Shown piece by piece: positions 1-12,700 of a DNA stretch of 64,000 nt (its first letter is position 1; each line of letters opens with the position of its first letter). Under the pieces are notes generated by a model, which searched no databases, had not been told where the DNA came from, and saw only the letters and a program-made list of their open reading frames with translations. The translations under genes were made by a program, and so were the position numbers. Source of the DNA: Malacoraja senta (taxonomy: Eukaryota); NCBI GenBank assembly GCA_038087875.1, contig CM075990.1, forward strand, positions 1 to 64,000, given 5' to 3'.

Positions 1-284
1 GGCCAGTTGCGTTTCGCGAGCACAGATTCCTTCAGAACTTCACTGGTCACAAACCTCCAGCCTGAATAATGCCTGTCCACCATAACCCTCTATGAGTTTT
101 CTATGAATAAGCCAGTTCTGAATCCGTGACCAAGTCATTGTGGATCACATGCACCTTTATCATGTATCCACCATTTGATCCTGCCATTGTAAAAAATAAA
201 TTGCAAAGCTTCAAGAAGACAGCAAGGGATAGGGACAGCCAGAGTGCCTAAAAATGCTTAAAGTCATCTTCATACATTATAATA

Positions 285-590
285 CGCTGAATATTCTGCA
301 GCGTGACTTTAGAGAGCTCGGAAAAATGCTGAAAAGCAGGACCTCCAGGGTTGTTATCTCTGGTTTGCTTCCAGTTCCTCGTGCTGGCGAGAGCAGGAAC
401 AGGGAAATACGGGACCTGAATGTGTGGCTGAGGAACTGGTGCACGGGGCAGGGATTTAGATTCTTAGGTCACTGGGATCTGTTTTGGAGTAAGGGGGACT
501 GTACAAAAGGGACAGATTGCATCTTAACAGGTGGGGGACCAGCATTATGGCAGGCAGGTTTGCCACTACTACACGGGTGGTTTTAAAACT
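285..590 (+). pseudogene. CR1 ORF1 C-terminal part, SGNH/GDSL esterase-like domain, frameshifted
   Basis: RVVISGLLPVPRA..LNVWLRNWC..GFRFLGHW, then LYKRDRLHLN in a shifted frame (DxxH block), typical of CR1 ORF1 esterases. Confidence 0.8.
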
Positions 591-634
591 GAATAAGGGG
601 TGTCAAATTAAGGGGTGGGGGACCAGCATTATGG

Positions 635-1134
635 CAGAGAAGGTTCACCAGACTGATTCCTGGGATGTCAGGACTTTCATATGAAGAAAGACTGGATAGA
701 CTTGGCTTATACTCGCTAGAATTTAGGAGATTGAGAGGGGATCTTATAGAAACGTACAAAATTCTTATGGGGTTGGACAGGCTAGATGCAGGAAGATTGT
801 TCCCGATGTTGGGGAAGTCCAGGACAAGGGGTCACAGCTTAAGGATAAGGGGGAAATCCTTTAAGACCGAGATGAGGAAAAACTTTTTCACACAGAGAGT
901 GGTGAATCTCTGGAACTCTCTGCCACAGAGGGTAGTTGACGCCAGTTCATTGGCTATATTTAAGAGGGAGTTAGATGTGGCCCTTGTGGCTAAAGGGATC
1001 AGGGGGTATGGAGAGAAGGCAGGTACGGGATACTGAGTTGGATGATCAGCCATGATCATATTGAATGGCGGTGCAGGCTCGAAGGGCCGAATGGCCTACT
1101 CCTGCACCTATTTTCTATGTATCTATTTCTATGT
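635..1134 (+). mobile_element. 5'-truncated CR1-A 3' end nested in the inter-ORF region of the larger CR1-A copy
   Basis: Near-identical to 3733-4232; encodes GLSYEERLDRLGLYSLEFRRLRGDL; own tail; host sequence resumes at about 1135. Confidence 0.93.
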
Positions 1135-1326
1135 AAATGGGATATTCGAGGATGGAGTTAAAGGGAAAGGGTTTCTTAAATGTGTGAGCAGAGAGAGGTG
1201 TAAAATGAGGGTAGAAGCAATAGGTAGCAAGGTGAAAAGCAACAGTTGCAGGCAGACAAATCCAGGGCAAAAATCAAAAAGGGCCACTTTTCAACATAAT
1301 TGTATAAGGGGTAAGAGTGTTGTAAA

Positions 1327-4134
1327 AACAAGCCTGAAGGCTTTGTGTCTCAATGCAAGGAGCATTCGTAATAAGGTGGATGAGTTGAATGTGCAGATAG
1401 CTATTAATGACTATGATATTGTTGGGATCAAGGAGACATGGCTCCAGGGTGACCAAGGCTGTGAGCTGAACATCTAGGGATATTCAATATTCAGGATAGA
1501 CAGAAAGGAAAAGGAGGTGGGGTAGCGTTGCTGGTTAGAGAGGAGATTAACGCAATAGAAAGGAATGACATTAGCTTGGAGGATGTGGAATCGATATGGG
1601 TAGAGCTGCGAAACAATAAGGGGCAGAAAACGCTAGTGGGAGTTGTGTACAGGCCACCTAACAGTAGTAGTGGAGTTGGGGATGGCATCAAACAGGAAAT
1701 TAGAAATGCGTGCAACAAAGGTAAAACAGTTATAATGGGTGACTTCAATCTACATATAGATTGGGTGAATCAAATTGGCAAGGGTGCTGAGGAAGAGGAT
1801 TTTTTGGAATGTATGCAGGATAGTTTTCTAAACCAACATGTAGAGGAACTAACGAGAGAGCAGGCTATTCTAGACTGGGTATTGAGTAATGAGGAAAGGT
1901 TAGTTAGCAGTCTTGTTGTGCGTGGCCCCTTGGGCAAGAGTGACCATAATATGGTTGAGTTCTTCATTAGGATTGAGAGTGACATAATTAATTCAGAAAC
2001 AAGGGTTCTGTACTTAAAGAAAGGTAACTTTGAGGGTATGAGACATGAATTGGCCAAGATAGACTGGCAATTGATTCTTAAAGGGTTGACGGTGAATATG
2101 CAATGGAAGGCATTTAAAGGCTGCATGGATGAACTACAACAATTGTTCATCCCAGTTTGGCAAAAGAATATATCAGGGAAGGTAGTGCGTCCGTGGATAA
2201 CAAGGGAAACCAGGGATAGTATCAAAACAAAAGATGAAGCATACAAATTAGCCAGAAAAAGCAGCCTACCAGAGGACTGGGAGAAATTCAGAGCCGAGCA
2301 GAGGAGGACAAAGGGCTTAATTAGGAAAGGGAAAATGGATTATGAAAGAAAACTGGTTTGGAACATAAAAACTGACTGCAAACGTTTTTATAGATATGTG
2401 AAGAGAAAAAGATTAGTTAAAGCAAATGTAGGTCCCTTGCATTCAGAAACAGATGAATTGATCATGGGGAACAAGGACATGGCAGACCAATTGAATAACT
2501 ACTTTGGTTCTGTCTTCACTAAGGAAGACATAATTAATCTGCTGGAAATAGCAGGGGACCAGGGGTCAAATGAGATGGAGGAACTGAGTGAAATCCAGGT
2601 TAGCCGGGAAGTGGTGTTAGGTAAATTGAATGGATTAAAGGCCGATAAATCCCCAGGGCCAGATAGGCTGCATCCCAGAGTACTTAAGGAAGTAGCCCCA
2701 GAAATAGTGGATGCATTAGTGATAAGTTTTCAAAACTCTTTAGATTCTGGAGTAGTTCCTGAGGATTGGAGGGTAGCTAATATAACCCCACTTTTTAAAA
2801 AGGGAGGGAGAGAGAAAACAGGGAATTACAGACCAGTTAGTCTAACATCGGTAGTGGGGAAACTGCTAGAGTCCGTTATTAAAGATGGGATAGCAGCACA
2901 TTTGGAAAGTGGTGAATCATTGGACAAAATCAGCATGGATTTATGAAAGGTAAATCATGTCTGACGAATCTTATAGAATTTTTCGAGGATGTAACTAGTA
3001 GAGTGGATAAGGGAGAACCAGTGGATGTGTTACATCTGGACTTTCAGAAGGCTTTCGACAAGGTCCCACATAAGAGATTATTATGCAAACTTAAAGCACA
3101 TGGTATTGGGGGTTCAGTATTGATGTGGATAGAGAACTGGCTGGCAGAGAGGAAGCAAAGAGTAGGAGTAAAGGGTCCTTTTTCGAATGGCAGGCAGTGA
3201 CTAGTGGGGTACCGCAAGGCACAGTGCTGGGACCCCAGCTATTTACAATATATATTAATGATTTGGATGAGGGAATTGAATGGAACATCTCCAAGTTTGC
3301 GGATGACACAAAGCTGGGGGCAGTGTTAGTTGTGAGGAGGATGCTAGGAGGCTGCAAGGTGACTTGGATAGGCTGGGTGAGTGGGCAAATGCATGGCCGA
3401 TGCAGTATAATGTGGATAAATGTGAGGTTATCCACTTTGGTGGCAAAAACAGGAAAGTAGACTATTACCTGAATGGTGGCCGATTAGGAAAAGGGGAGAT
3501 GCAACGAGACCTGGGTGTCATGGTACACCAGTCATTGAAAGTAGGCATGCAGGTGCAGCAGGCAGTGAAGAAAGCGAATGGTATGTTAGCATTCACAGCA
3601 AAAGGATTTGAGTATCGGAGCAGGGAGGTTCTACTGCAGTTGTACAGGGTCTTGGTGGGACCACACCTGGAGTATTGCGTACAGTTTTGGTCTCCTAATC
3701 TGAGGAAATACATTCTTGCCATAGGGGGAGTACAGAGAAGGTTCACCAGACTGATTCCTGGGATGTCAGGACTTTCATATGAAGAAAGATTGGATAGACT
3801 TGGCTTGTACCCGCTAGAATTTAGAAGATTGAGGGGGGATCTTATAGAAACTTACAAAATTCTTAAGGTGTTGGACAGGCTAGATGCAGGAAGTTTGTTC
3901 CTGATGTTGGGGAAGTCCAGAACAAGGGGTCACAGTTTAAGGATAAGGGGAAAATCTTTTAGGACCGAGATGAGAAAACCATTTTTCTCACTGAGAGTTG
4001 TGAATCTCTGGAATTCTCTGCCACTGAAGGTAGTTGAGGCCAGTTCATTGGCTATATTTAAGAGGGAGTTAGGTGTGGCCTTTGTGGCTAAAGGTATCAG
4101 GGGGTATGGAGAGAAGGCAGGTACAGGATACTGA
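1327..4134 (+). pseudogene. CR1 ORF2 (AP endonuclease + reverse transcriptase), disrupted
   Basis: CLNARSI, ETWL, GDFN, SDH (APE); [28 protein letters not shown] (RT); stop at 1475 and several frameshifts. Confidence 0.93.
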
Positions 4135-4368
4135 GTTGGATGATCAGCCATGATCATATTGAATGGCGGTGCAGGCTCGAAGGGCCGAATGGCCTATTCC
4201 TGCACCTATTTTCTATGTTTCTATGTTTCTATAATAATTCTGTGCTTTAAGGAAAGTTGAAACTGAGCATGTGTAACTGGCATTCACTGCAGTCTGCTTT
4301 AGTCAGATTCTGTTCTCTGTTGTTAAAGGACAAATGGCAATCGTAAAACATGCAAATAAGGTCGAAAT

Positions 4369-5233
4369 AGGGGGCGCTGTCCTGTGTGCGGCTGCCCAGC
4401 CAACAGCTGTCTGTCCTTTCACCTTATTTTTTTATTTTAGTCAGTAAAGTGTTTTGTTTTGGAGGTCTAGACTTTTTTGTGTGGGGGGGGGAAGGGGGAA
4501 ACTACTTTTCAGGGTCCCTACCTGGCCGGAGAGGCAGCTTTTCTCCGGGCTGCAGCTTCGACCCATCCTCGTGGCCTACCAGCGGGCCTGGAGCGGCATT
4601 TCCTGTCGGGGACCGCCCAGAACCTCGGCTTCGGCGGCGGCACAGCGCTGGAGCGCTATCGCGGAGCGGGCGATGCTTTGCCCGGGTCGCCGCGCTGGAG
4701 CTCCGGTGAGCTGAGGATCGCTGGAGAAAACATCGCAGAGCTGCGGGACTGTGGAGCGACCAGCTGCGGGCGGCGGCGCTGAACTTGACACCAGGAGCCT
4801 GGGATCTCTAGATGAGATCGCCAGTGTGGAGCTCCAACCGGCGCGGCCTTGTTGGCTTCGGAAGCCGCGGCCCCTAGTGCGGAAGCGGCTGTTCCAGGGT
4901 TCCCAAGCCGCTGGGAGGACTCTCCCGACGCCGGAGCAACATCACCCGGCGAGAACGGCCTGGAACATCGGGCCTCCGTAGAGGCAACTGTGGAGGCCTA
5001 AATGGGCCCGACTATGGGTGAACTGGGGTTGGGGACTGGACTTTGTGCCTTCCCTCATGGTGGGAGCCATTGTGGGGGGATGTTCAGTGTTAAAACTATC
5101 TTGGTGTTGTGTCTGTATTCTCTTCTCTTTTTTGTGTGCTGATAAATGGCAAAAAGCATTTCACTTCACTACACCCGGGTGTATGTGAATGTGACTAATA
5201 AAATATCTTGAATCTTGAATCTTGAATCTTGAA
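4369..5233 (+). mobile_element. GC/CpG-rich non-coding retroposon with Rex1-like 3' tail
   Basis: CpG-rich body; ends TTTCAC..palindrome TACACCCGGGTGTA..TGTGACTAATAAA then (TCTTGAA)n. Confidence 0.6.
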
Positions 5234-5439
5234 AGTGTAACATGACATTAGGTTATCTGTAATGGGGTGGCATTGGGCTGTGTTTACTCTGCTGTGTCTT
5301 TCGGAGATGCATAATTTCCAGTTGTTATAAGACCATTTGGAAGAAGGAAAAGTGCTAAAGTGCCTGCGACAGTAAACAACACATCAAAGGAAAATCCTGT
5401 ACGTAAGAAGTAGATGAATCTTTGTTTGGTGAACAATCT

Positions 5440-6110
5440 GCTAGATTGTGCCCAATGATCACTGTATCTGACACTCTTAAATAAAGTCTGGATTGCCTTT
5501 TCCGATCGTGTGTTTAAAGTTTTCTTTAACACCATGAGAGACTTTATCAAATATATTGTACAGGATATAGCCATCTATAGCCATTGCTTCATCAATCATC
5601 TTTGTCACTTCCTCAAAAAACTCAATGAAGTTTGTAAAACATGACCTGCCATGGATAACGCCATGCCAAGTATCCCTAAATAGCCCATTCGTTTCCAAAT
5701 GCAAGTAAATCTTATTTCAGAGTATCCTCTTCAATTGCTTCCTTACTACTGACGTGAGATTCACTGGCTTATCATTTCCTGGATTATCTCTATTTTCTTT
5801 CTATTAACAAAGGAACAATATTGGCTATACTCCGGCCCCACAGGATATCATCTGTGGCTAGAGAAGATACAACGATCTTCATCAATGTTCCTGCAATCTT
5901 CTCTCTGGCCTCTCTTAATAACCTGCAATGGATTCCAGCAGACCCAGAGGATTTATCCAATTTATTGCTCTTGAAAAGTCCTAAAACCACCTCATTCTTG
6001 ATGTCAAACTGCCCCAGCATATTACTATTCCCCACATTGATCTCACTATCCTTCATGTCCTTCTCCTTGGTGAACACAGAGGCAAAGTACTCACTTAGTA
6101 CATTGCATTC
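5440..6110 (-). mobile_element. Old CR1 ORF2 fragment
   Basis: Minus-strand remnants FTKEKD, DKSSG, HGVIHGRSCFTNFIEFFEEVT, FDKVSHG. Confidence 0.8.
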
Positions 6111-6413
6111 ATCTTCTTATGCCAAACTTGAATTCTATCCATTATCAATAGACAATAGACAATAGCTGCAGGAGTAGGCCATTCGACCTTTAATGTGATC
6201 ATGGCTAATCATCCCCAATCAGTATCCTTGAGTGGTCCCACCTTCTCCCTGCTTACCCTCTTGTCCTCACTTAGACGTGGTTACACATCATGTACCATAA
6301 ACAAATGACTATGTATGGTATGATTTGCCAGGCGAGCAGGTAAAGCAACGTTTTTAAATGTCGCTCAGTGCACTTGACAATAATGATAAACCAAGAAATC
6401 AATAATAATGATG

Positions 6414-7106
6414 GTTCCTTGGAACCATCATCTCCATGGACCTTAAATGGGAAGCCGTCGTCGACTCCACAGTCAAAAAGGCCCAACAGAGGATGTACTT
6501 CCTGCGGCAGCTGTGGTAACACAATCTGTCGCAGGCAATGATGGTCCATTTCTATACTACCATCATAGAGTCTGTCCTCACCTTCTCCATCATGGTCTGG
6601 TTTGGCTCAGCCACCAAGCACGACATCCGGAGGCTGCAGCGAATCCTTCGATCAGCTGAGAAGGTTGTTGGCTGCAACCTTCCCCCCATTGACAAACTGT
6701 ACACCGCAAGGACCAGGAAGTGAGCGGGTAAGATCATCTATGACACGTCTCGCCCTGGCCACAAACTTTTTGAAGCACTTCCCTCTGGAAGGCGACTCCG
6801 GACTGTCAAAGCCACCACAGCCACACATAAAAACAGCTTTTTTCCACGAGTAGTAGCTCTACTCAATAACTAAAAATCTGTAGCCTCCTTTTGCTCTGGT
6901 ATTTTATTTCATTCATATGTTTAAACTATAATGTTTATTCTTAATGTTTTAATGTTTTATGTTTTATTCTTAATTGTTTACTGTATGTCGTGTTGTTACT
7001 TGCGAGCAGAGCACCAAGGCAAATTTCTTGTATGTGTACATACTTGGCCAATAAACTTATCCATTCATTCATTCATTCATTCATTCATTCATTCATTCAT
7101 TCATTC
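6414..7106 (+). mobile_element. Rex1/Babar-clade LINE 3' fragment
   Basis: KKAQQRMYFLRQL, FYTTIIESVLTFSIMVWFG, LPSGRRLR, NSFFP; 3' hairpin GTATGT-GT-ACATAC, AATAAA, (ATTC)n tail. Confidence 0.85.
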
Positions 7107-7384
7107 AACTATCAAACTATTCCAGGTTACCAAAGGTTTTTTCAAAACTAAATATTATTGTCACCATTGATAGAATTAACCTCTTATCCATTGCGTGATC
7201 TAGCTTATGAACAGAAAATAACTGATTTTGATACTGTTGAATGGGTAACTCCGCCATCTTTTCACCTTGTTGATCAAAGCAAACTTGCTTTGATCAACAA
7301 GGAGGAGAATGGAGTTGAGAATGAAAGATAGATCAGCCGTGATTGAATGGCGGAGTAGACTTGATGGGCCGAATGGACGAATTC

Positions 7385-7590
7385 ACCTCCTGTGGCCACT
7401 CCCTCTTCTCCCCTCTCCCATCAAGCAAAAGCTATAGAAGTGTGAGAAAACACACCTCCAGATTCAGGGACAGTTTCTTCCCAGCTGTTATCAAGCAACT
7501 GAATCATCCTACCACAACCAGAGGGCAGTGCTGAATTACTATCTACCTCTTTGTTGACCCTTGGACTATTCTTGATCGACCTTTGCTGGA
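7385..7590 (+). mobile_element. Rex1-related short 3' fragment (same family as 9546-11520, 39235-39445, 56920-57230)
   Basis: GHSLFSPLPS..TSRFRDSFFPAVIKQLN and shared 3' UTR. Confidence 0.75.
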
Positions 7591-7894
7591 GATTCCTCAT
7601 ATCCCACAGTAACATCCAGTACAATGCACAGGTCCCGGACAACGAGAAAATACCAAAACTGTTTCATGGAGAGAAACAGAATATTTGAAAATGCATCTAA
7701 ATTTTTTTGTTATAAAAAAGGGTGGTGGGGGCCTGGAAACCAATGCCTGGTTGCAACTGGTACAAGAGTGGCATTTTAGAGGCTTTTAGATAAGCACATG
7801 GAAGTGAAGGGAATCGATGGATATGAATCATGAGCAGGCAGACAAAATCAGTTTAACCAGGCATCATGTTCTGTACTATTCTATGTTCTATGTT

Positions 7895-9000
7895 TGCGCA
7901 AGACATTGGGAAGACCACATTTGGAGTATTGTGTTCAGTTTTGGTCACCCTGATATAGCAAAGATGTTATTAAGCTGGAAGTGGCACAGAGAAGATTTAC
8001 GAGGATGTTGCCAGGATTCAAAGGCCTAAGTGAGAGGGAGATATTGACCAGATCAGGACTTTATTCCTTGGAGAGCAGGAGGATGATGATGATCTTATGG
8101 AGGTGTATAAGATCATGAGGTATCAAGAACCAGAGGACACAGGTTTAAGGTAAGAGGGGAAAGATTTAATAGGAACATGAAGGGCAACATTTTTTGTACA
8201 AAGAGTGGCGGGTTTGTGGAACGAGCCGGCCAAAGGAGGTAGTTGAGGCAGAAACTATGCAACATTAAAAAGATATTTGGGGAAAAAACTAATTCTAAAA
8301 TTTTGGAAGAAGGCTCCAATACCAACTATAAATATGTGGATTTCAAATATGTTTGAAACATTACACCTAGAAGAGATAAGACTCCTCCTAGCAGGTAAAC
8401 CAGATCACTTCCACCTGACGTGGTCTGCATTTATAGAATTATTACAAACATAGGGTGCAAAAGCACTTTAAAAAAAAATTGAGGCCAGGTAAGGGGGGAT
8501 GATAGTTGAAGAGTTGGTATGTCCCATTTACGTAATGCTCATAAAAATATTTGTTTCTCTCTTTTTCCTCTTTCTCTCTTTCTTTCTTTCCTAGGGTCTA
8601 TTTCTTAACTCTTTTTCTTTTGTTTTTAATTTTGCTCTTATAGGGTCTTCGTCCTTTTTTGTTGTCACATTTCCTACACTTTCACTTTTTCCTTCACTTT
8701 CTTCTTTCTTTCCATCTTTTCCTTTTCTAGTGTAAAAAATAAATGGAGTACATTAATTGTAAGAAGATATAAATGACAAGTACTAATGTATGTGGTTGTA
8801 ATGTAATGTACTTCTAATAAAATACAAATTAAAAAATATATTTAAAAAAAAAAGATATTTGGGCAGGCACATGGATCGGATAGGTTTAGAAGGATATGGG
8901 TCAAATGCAGGCAGGTGGGACTAGTGTAGATGGGGCATGTTGGTCAGTGTTTGCAAGTTGGGCTAAAAGGGCCTGTTTCCACACGGTATGACTCTATGAT
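7895..9000 (+). mobile_element. Old CR1 3' fragment interrupted by an L1 3' end
   Basis: Degenerate RPHLEYCVQFWSP and TRGHRFKVRG; CR1 3' UTR with GGGCCTGTTTCC near 8970. Confidence 0.75.
8282..8848 (+). mobile_element. L1-clade LINE 3' end with 15-bp TSD
   Basis: KKLILKFWKKAPIPTINMW..WSAFIELL stop, T-rich 3' UTR, AATAAA, A tail; AAAAAGATATTTGGG at 8267-8281 and 8849-8863; TT/AAAA target. Confidence 0.92.
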
Positions 9001-9086
9001 TCTATTAAATAACTTGGGAAGTTCCTTCTTGAGATGGAGAAGTGTGATACCACATTTCTGAGAATCAGAATATATTAGTCCAAATC

Positions 9087-9320
9087 AGACTACAAAGCGC
9101 TGGAGTAACACAGCGGGTCAGGCAGCATCCCTGGATAAAAAGGACGAGTGACGTTTTGGGTCGGAACCCTTCTTCAGATTGCTGAAGAATGCTAAAGCAT
9201 TCTGAAGAAGGGTTCTGACCCAAAACATCAGGCATCCTTTTTCTCCAGAGATGCTGCCTGACCCACTGAGTTACTCCAACACTTTGTGTCTATTTTCGGT
9301 GTCTGCAATTACTTTCTACA
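9087..9320. mobile_element. Penelope-derived fold-back mini-element
   Basis: Two inverted copies of the GCTGGAGTAACTCAGCGGGTCAGGCAGCATC..CCCTTCTTCAG pLTR segment. Confidence 0.75.
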
Positions 9321-9336
9321 CATTTAATCCAAATCA

Positions 9337-9415
9337 TGATAATAATAATAATAATAATCATTTTATTTACTGGCGCCTTTCTAAAACCCAAGGACACCTT
9401 ACAATGCATAGAATC
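9337..9415 (-). mobile_element. Probable L2-type 3' tail
   Basis: Reverse strand reads TGTAAGGTGTCCTTGGG..GAAAGGCGCC..AATAAAATG(ATT)n, resembling fish L2 ends. Confidence 0.5.
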
Positions 9416-9545
9416 ACAACAAAACAAAAAAACACATAATCGGAATAAATTAAATAAAATTAAAAAAAAATTAAAAAAAAATAAATAAAAAATAAAAATA
9501 AATAAAAAAAAAAAATGATGCCCCAAGCTTCTACAGATGGCCAAA

Positions 9546-11520
9546 AGGAAACATTGTAGCCAATTGTGGACACAGCCCAGACCATCACACAAACCAACCT
9601 CCCTTCTATTGACTCCATTAATACATCACGCTGACTCGGCAAGGCCAGCAGCATAATCAAGAACGAGTCGCACCCTGGCCACTCCCTCTTCTCCCCAATC
9701 CCATGATCCACATCGGGCAAAAGGTATAGAAGAATCTTTAGATTCTGGAGTAGTTCCTGAGGATTGGAGGGTAGCTAATGTAACCCCACTTTGTAAAAAG
9801 GGGGGGGGGGAGAGAAAACGGGGAATTACAGACCAGTTAGTCTAACATCGGTAGTGGGGAAACTGCTAGAGTCAGTTATTAAAGATGGGATAGCAGCACA
9901 TTTGGAAAATGGTGAAAGTCAGCATGGATTTATGAAAGGTAAATCATGTCTGACGAAACTTATAGAATTTTTCGAGGATGTAACTAGTAGAGTGGATAAG
10001 GGAGAACCAGTGGATGTGTTATATCTGGACTTTCAGAAGGCTTTCGACAAGGTCTCACATAAGAGATTAATATACAAACTTAAAGAACATGGTATTGGGG
10101 GTTCAGTATTGACGTGGATAGAGAACTGGCTGGCAGACAGGAAGCAAAGAGTAGGAGTAAACGGGTCCTATTCAGAATGGCAGGCAGTGACTAGTGGGGT
10201 ACTGCAAGGCTCAGTGCTGGGACCCCAGCTATTTACAATATATATTAATGATTTGGACGAGAGAATTGAATGCAACATCTCCAAGTTTGCGGATGACACG
10301 AAGCTGGAGGGCAGTGTTAGCTGTGAGGAGGGTGCTAGGAGGCTGTAAGATGACTTGGATAGGCTGGGTGAGTGGGCAAATGCATGGCAGATGCAATATA
10401 ATGTGGATAAATGTGAGGTTATCCACTTTGGTGGCAAAAACAGGAAAGTAGACTATTACCTGAATGGTGGCCGATTAGGAAAAGGGGAGATGCAACGAGA
10501 CATGGGTATCATGGTACACCAGTCATTGAAAGTAGGCATGCAGGTGCAGCAGGCAGTGAAGAAAGCGAATGTTATGTTAGCATTCATAGCAAAAGGATTT
10601 GAGTATAGGAGCAGGGAGGTTCTACTGCAGTTGTACAGGGTCTTGGTGAGACCGCACCTGGAGTATTGCGTTCAGTTTTGGTCTCCTAATCTGAGGAAGG
10701 ACATTCTTGCCATAGAGGGAGTACAGAGAAGGTTCATCAGACTGATTCCTGGGATGTCAGGACTTTCATATGAAGAACGACTGGATAGACTTGGCTTGTA
10801 CCCGCTAGAATTTAGAAGATTGAGGGGGGATCTTATAGAAACTTACAAGATTCTTAAGGGGTTGGACAGGCTAGATGCAGGAAGATTGTTCCCGATGTTG
10901 GGGAAGTCCAGAACAAGGGGTCACAGTTTAAGGATAAAGGGAAAATCTTTTAGGACTGAGATGAGAAAAACATTTTTTTACACAGAGAGTGGTGAATCTC
11001 TGGAATTCTCTGCCAAAAAATGTAGTTGAGGCCAGTTCATTGGCTATATTTAAGAGGGAGTTAGATGTGGCCCTTGTGGCTAAAGGGATCAGGGGGTATG
11101 GAGAAGTACAGGATACTGAGTTGGATGATCAGCCATGATCATATTGAATGGCAGTGCAGGCTCGAAGGGCTGAAGGGCCTACTCCTGCACCTATTTTCTA
11201 TGTTTCTATGTAAGTGTGAAAATGCACACCACCAGATTCAGGGACAGTTTCCTCCCTGCTGTTATCAGGCAACTGAACCATCCTACCACAACCAGAGAAC
11301 AGTCATGAAATACTACCTACCTCATTGGTGACCCTCGGACTATCCTTGATCGGACTTTGCTGGTTTTACCTTGCACTAAACGTTATTCCCTTATCATGTT
11401 TCTGTACACTGCAAATGGCTCGATAGTAATCATGTATTATCTTTCCACTGACTGGTGGTTAGCATGCAACAAAAGCTTTTCACCGTACCTCGGTAGATGT
11501 GACAATAAACTAAACTGAAC
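9546..11520 (+). mobile_element. Rex1-related 3' fragment split by a CR1-A insertion
   Basis: Left part 9546-9732 and right part 11212-11520 join into YRSVKMHTTRFRDSF; AAG on both sides; tail TGACAATAAACTAAACTGAAC. Confidence 0.8.
9733..11211 (+). mobile_element. CR1-A, 5'-truncated (RT + 3' UTR)
   Basis: Near-identical to 2737-4232; FADD motif, internal stop and frameshift, (TTTCTATG)n tail. Confidence 0.93.
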
Positions 11521-12164
11521 ACATGCCTTGTGGCTAGGCAATTTCCTACCAAAGGCTGGCATCAATGTGACCTTCCTGCAAAGTGGTCCTGTAGGTGGGT
11601 GATGACTAGACCACAGGCAGTGGATCTGAAACCAAGCCTCTGGGCTGCCCTGATCATTTGTGCTACCAGGATGCCACGTCCACCTTGAAATTGATGAAGA
11701 AAAACACTTAAACGATTACAAATATAAAAAATAATTAACAAAAATCATGTTAAAATTTGTGTGCATATATTAAAATCTAACAATCCACTTATTGTCGCTG
11801 AGCTTTTTAATAAACATCATCGACCGGGACCTCACGAGGGGCCAGATACGAAGTGCCTGTGGCCTCTCTGCACTGCCAGTAAAGCCTGGGTCCAGACACA
11901 CTTGAGCTACAGTGTGCTCTACAGAATTGTATGCCAGGCTTAGTTGAGCCTTGTGCAGTGCAGTGCAGTGCCGAGGAGATAATAATGAAATCCATATCAT
12001 AGGTTACACACACTGCAGCTGGCCATTAGCTGCTACCACACAGTGCATGAATGTCATCATTAGCATTCATCACATGAAACCTCAAGAACGCAACCTACTT
12101 TCCCACCTCCACACATCCTCGTGCTTGATATTGTACTGTAAAGTGTAAAGCTCAAAGGTCATTA

Positions 12165-12700
12165 GGTCATAAATTCATAAGTGATCGGAGCAGTTAGGCC
12201 ATTCGGCCCATCAAGTATCCACTGCCATACAATCGTGGCTGATCTATCTCTCCCTCCTAACCCCATTCTCCTGCCTTCTCTCCATAATAGCTGACACCCG
12301 TACCAATCAAGAATCTATCTATCTCTGCCTTAAAAATATCCAATGGCCTCCACAGCCTTTTGTGACAAAGAATTTCACAGATTGACTAAAGAAATTCCTC
12401 CTCATCCCCTTCCAAAAGGAATATCCTTTCATTCTGAGGCTAAGACCTCTAGACTCTCCCACTAGTGGAAACATCCTTTCCACATCCACTCTATCCAAGC
12501 CTTTCAATATTCGGTAAGTTTCAATGAGGTACCCATTCATCCTTCTAAACTCCAACAAGTACAGGCCCGGTGCCGTCAAATGCTCAGTATAAGTTAACCC
12601 ACACATTCCGGGAATCATTCTTATAAACCTCCTCTAGACCCTCTCCAGAGCCAGCACACCCTTCCTCAGATATGATGCCCAAAATTGCTCACAATATTCA
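12165..12700 (-). mobile_element. CR1 3' fragment (older subfamily)
   Basis: MIPGMCGL..GLYLLEFRRM..RVDVERMFPLVGES; GGCCGAATGGCC hairpin; TTATGA-type tail. Confidence 0.85.

Larger units (their letters stand above)
285..4232 (+). mobile_element. CR1-clade LINE (subfamily A), 5'-truncated within ORF1, decayed
   Basis: ORF1 esterase C-terminus, then APE and RT of ORF2, short 3' UTR with GGCCGAATGGCC hairpin and (TTTCTATG)n tail ending near 4232. Confidence 0.95.

Noticed and set aside
5284..5400. Possible host exons here and at about 12939-12996, 16480-16550 and 55320-55600
   Set aside because: Isolated splice-like signals on inconsistent strands and no recognisable protein; cannot be supported without RNA data
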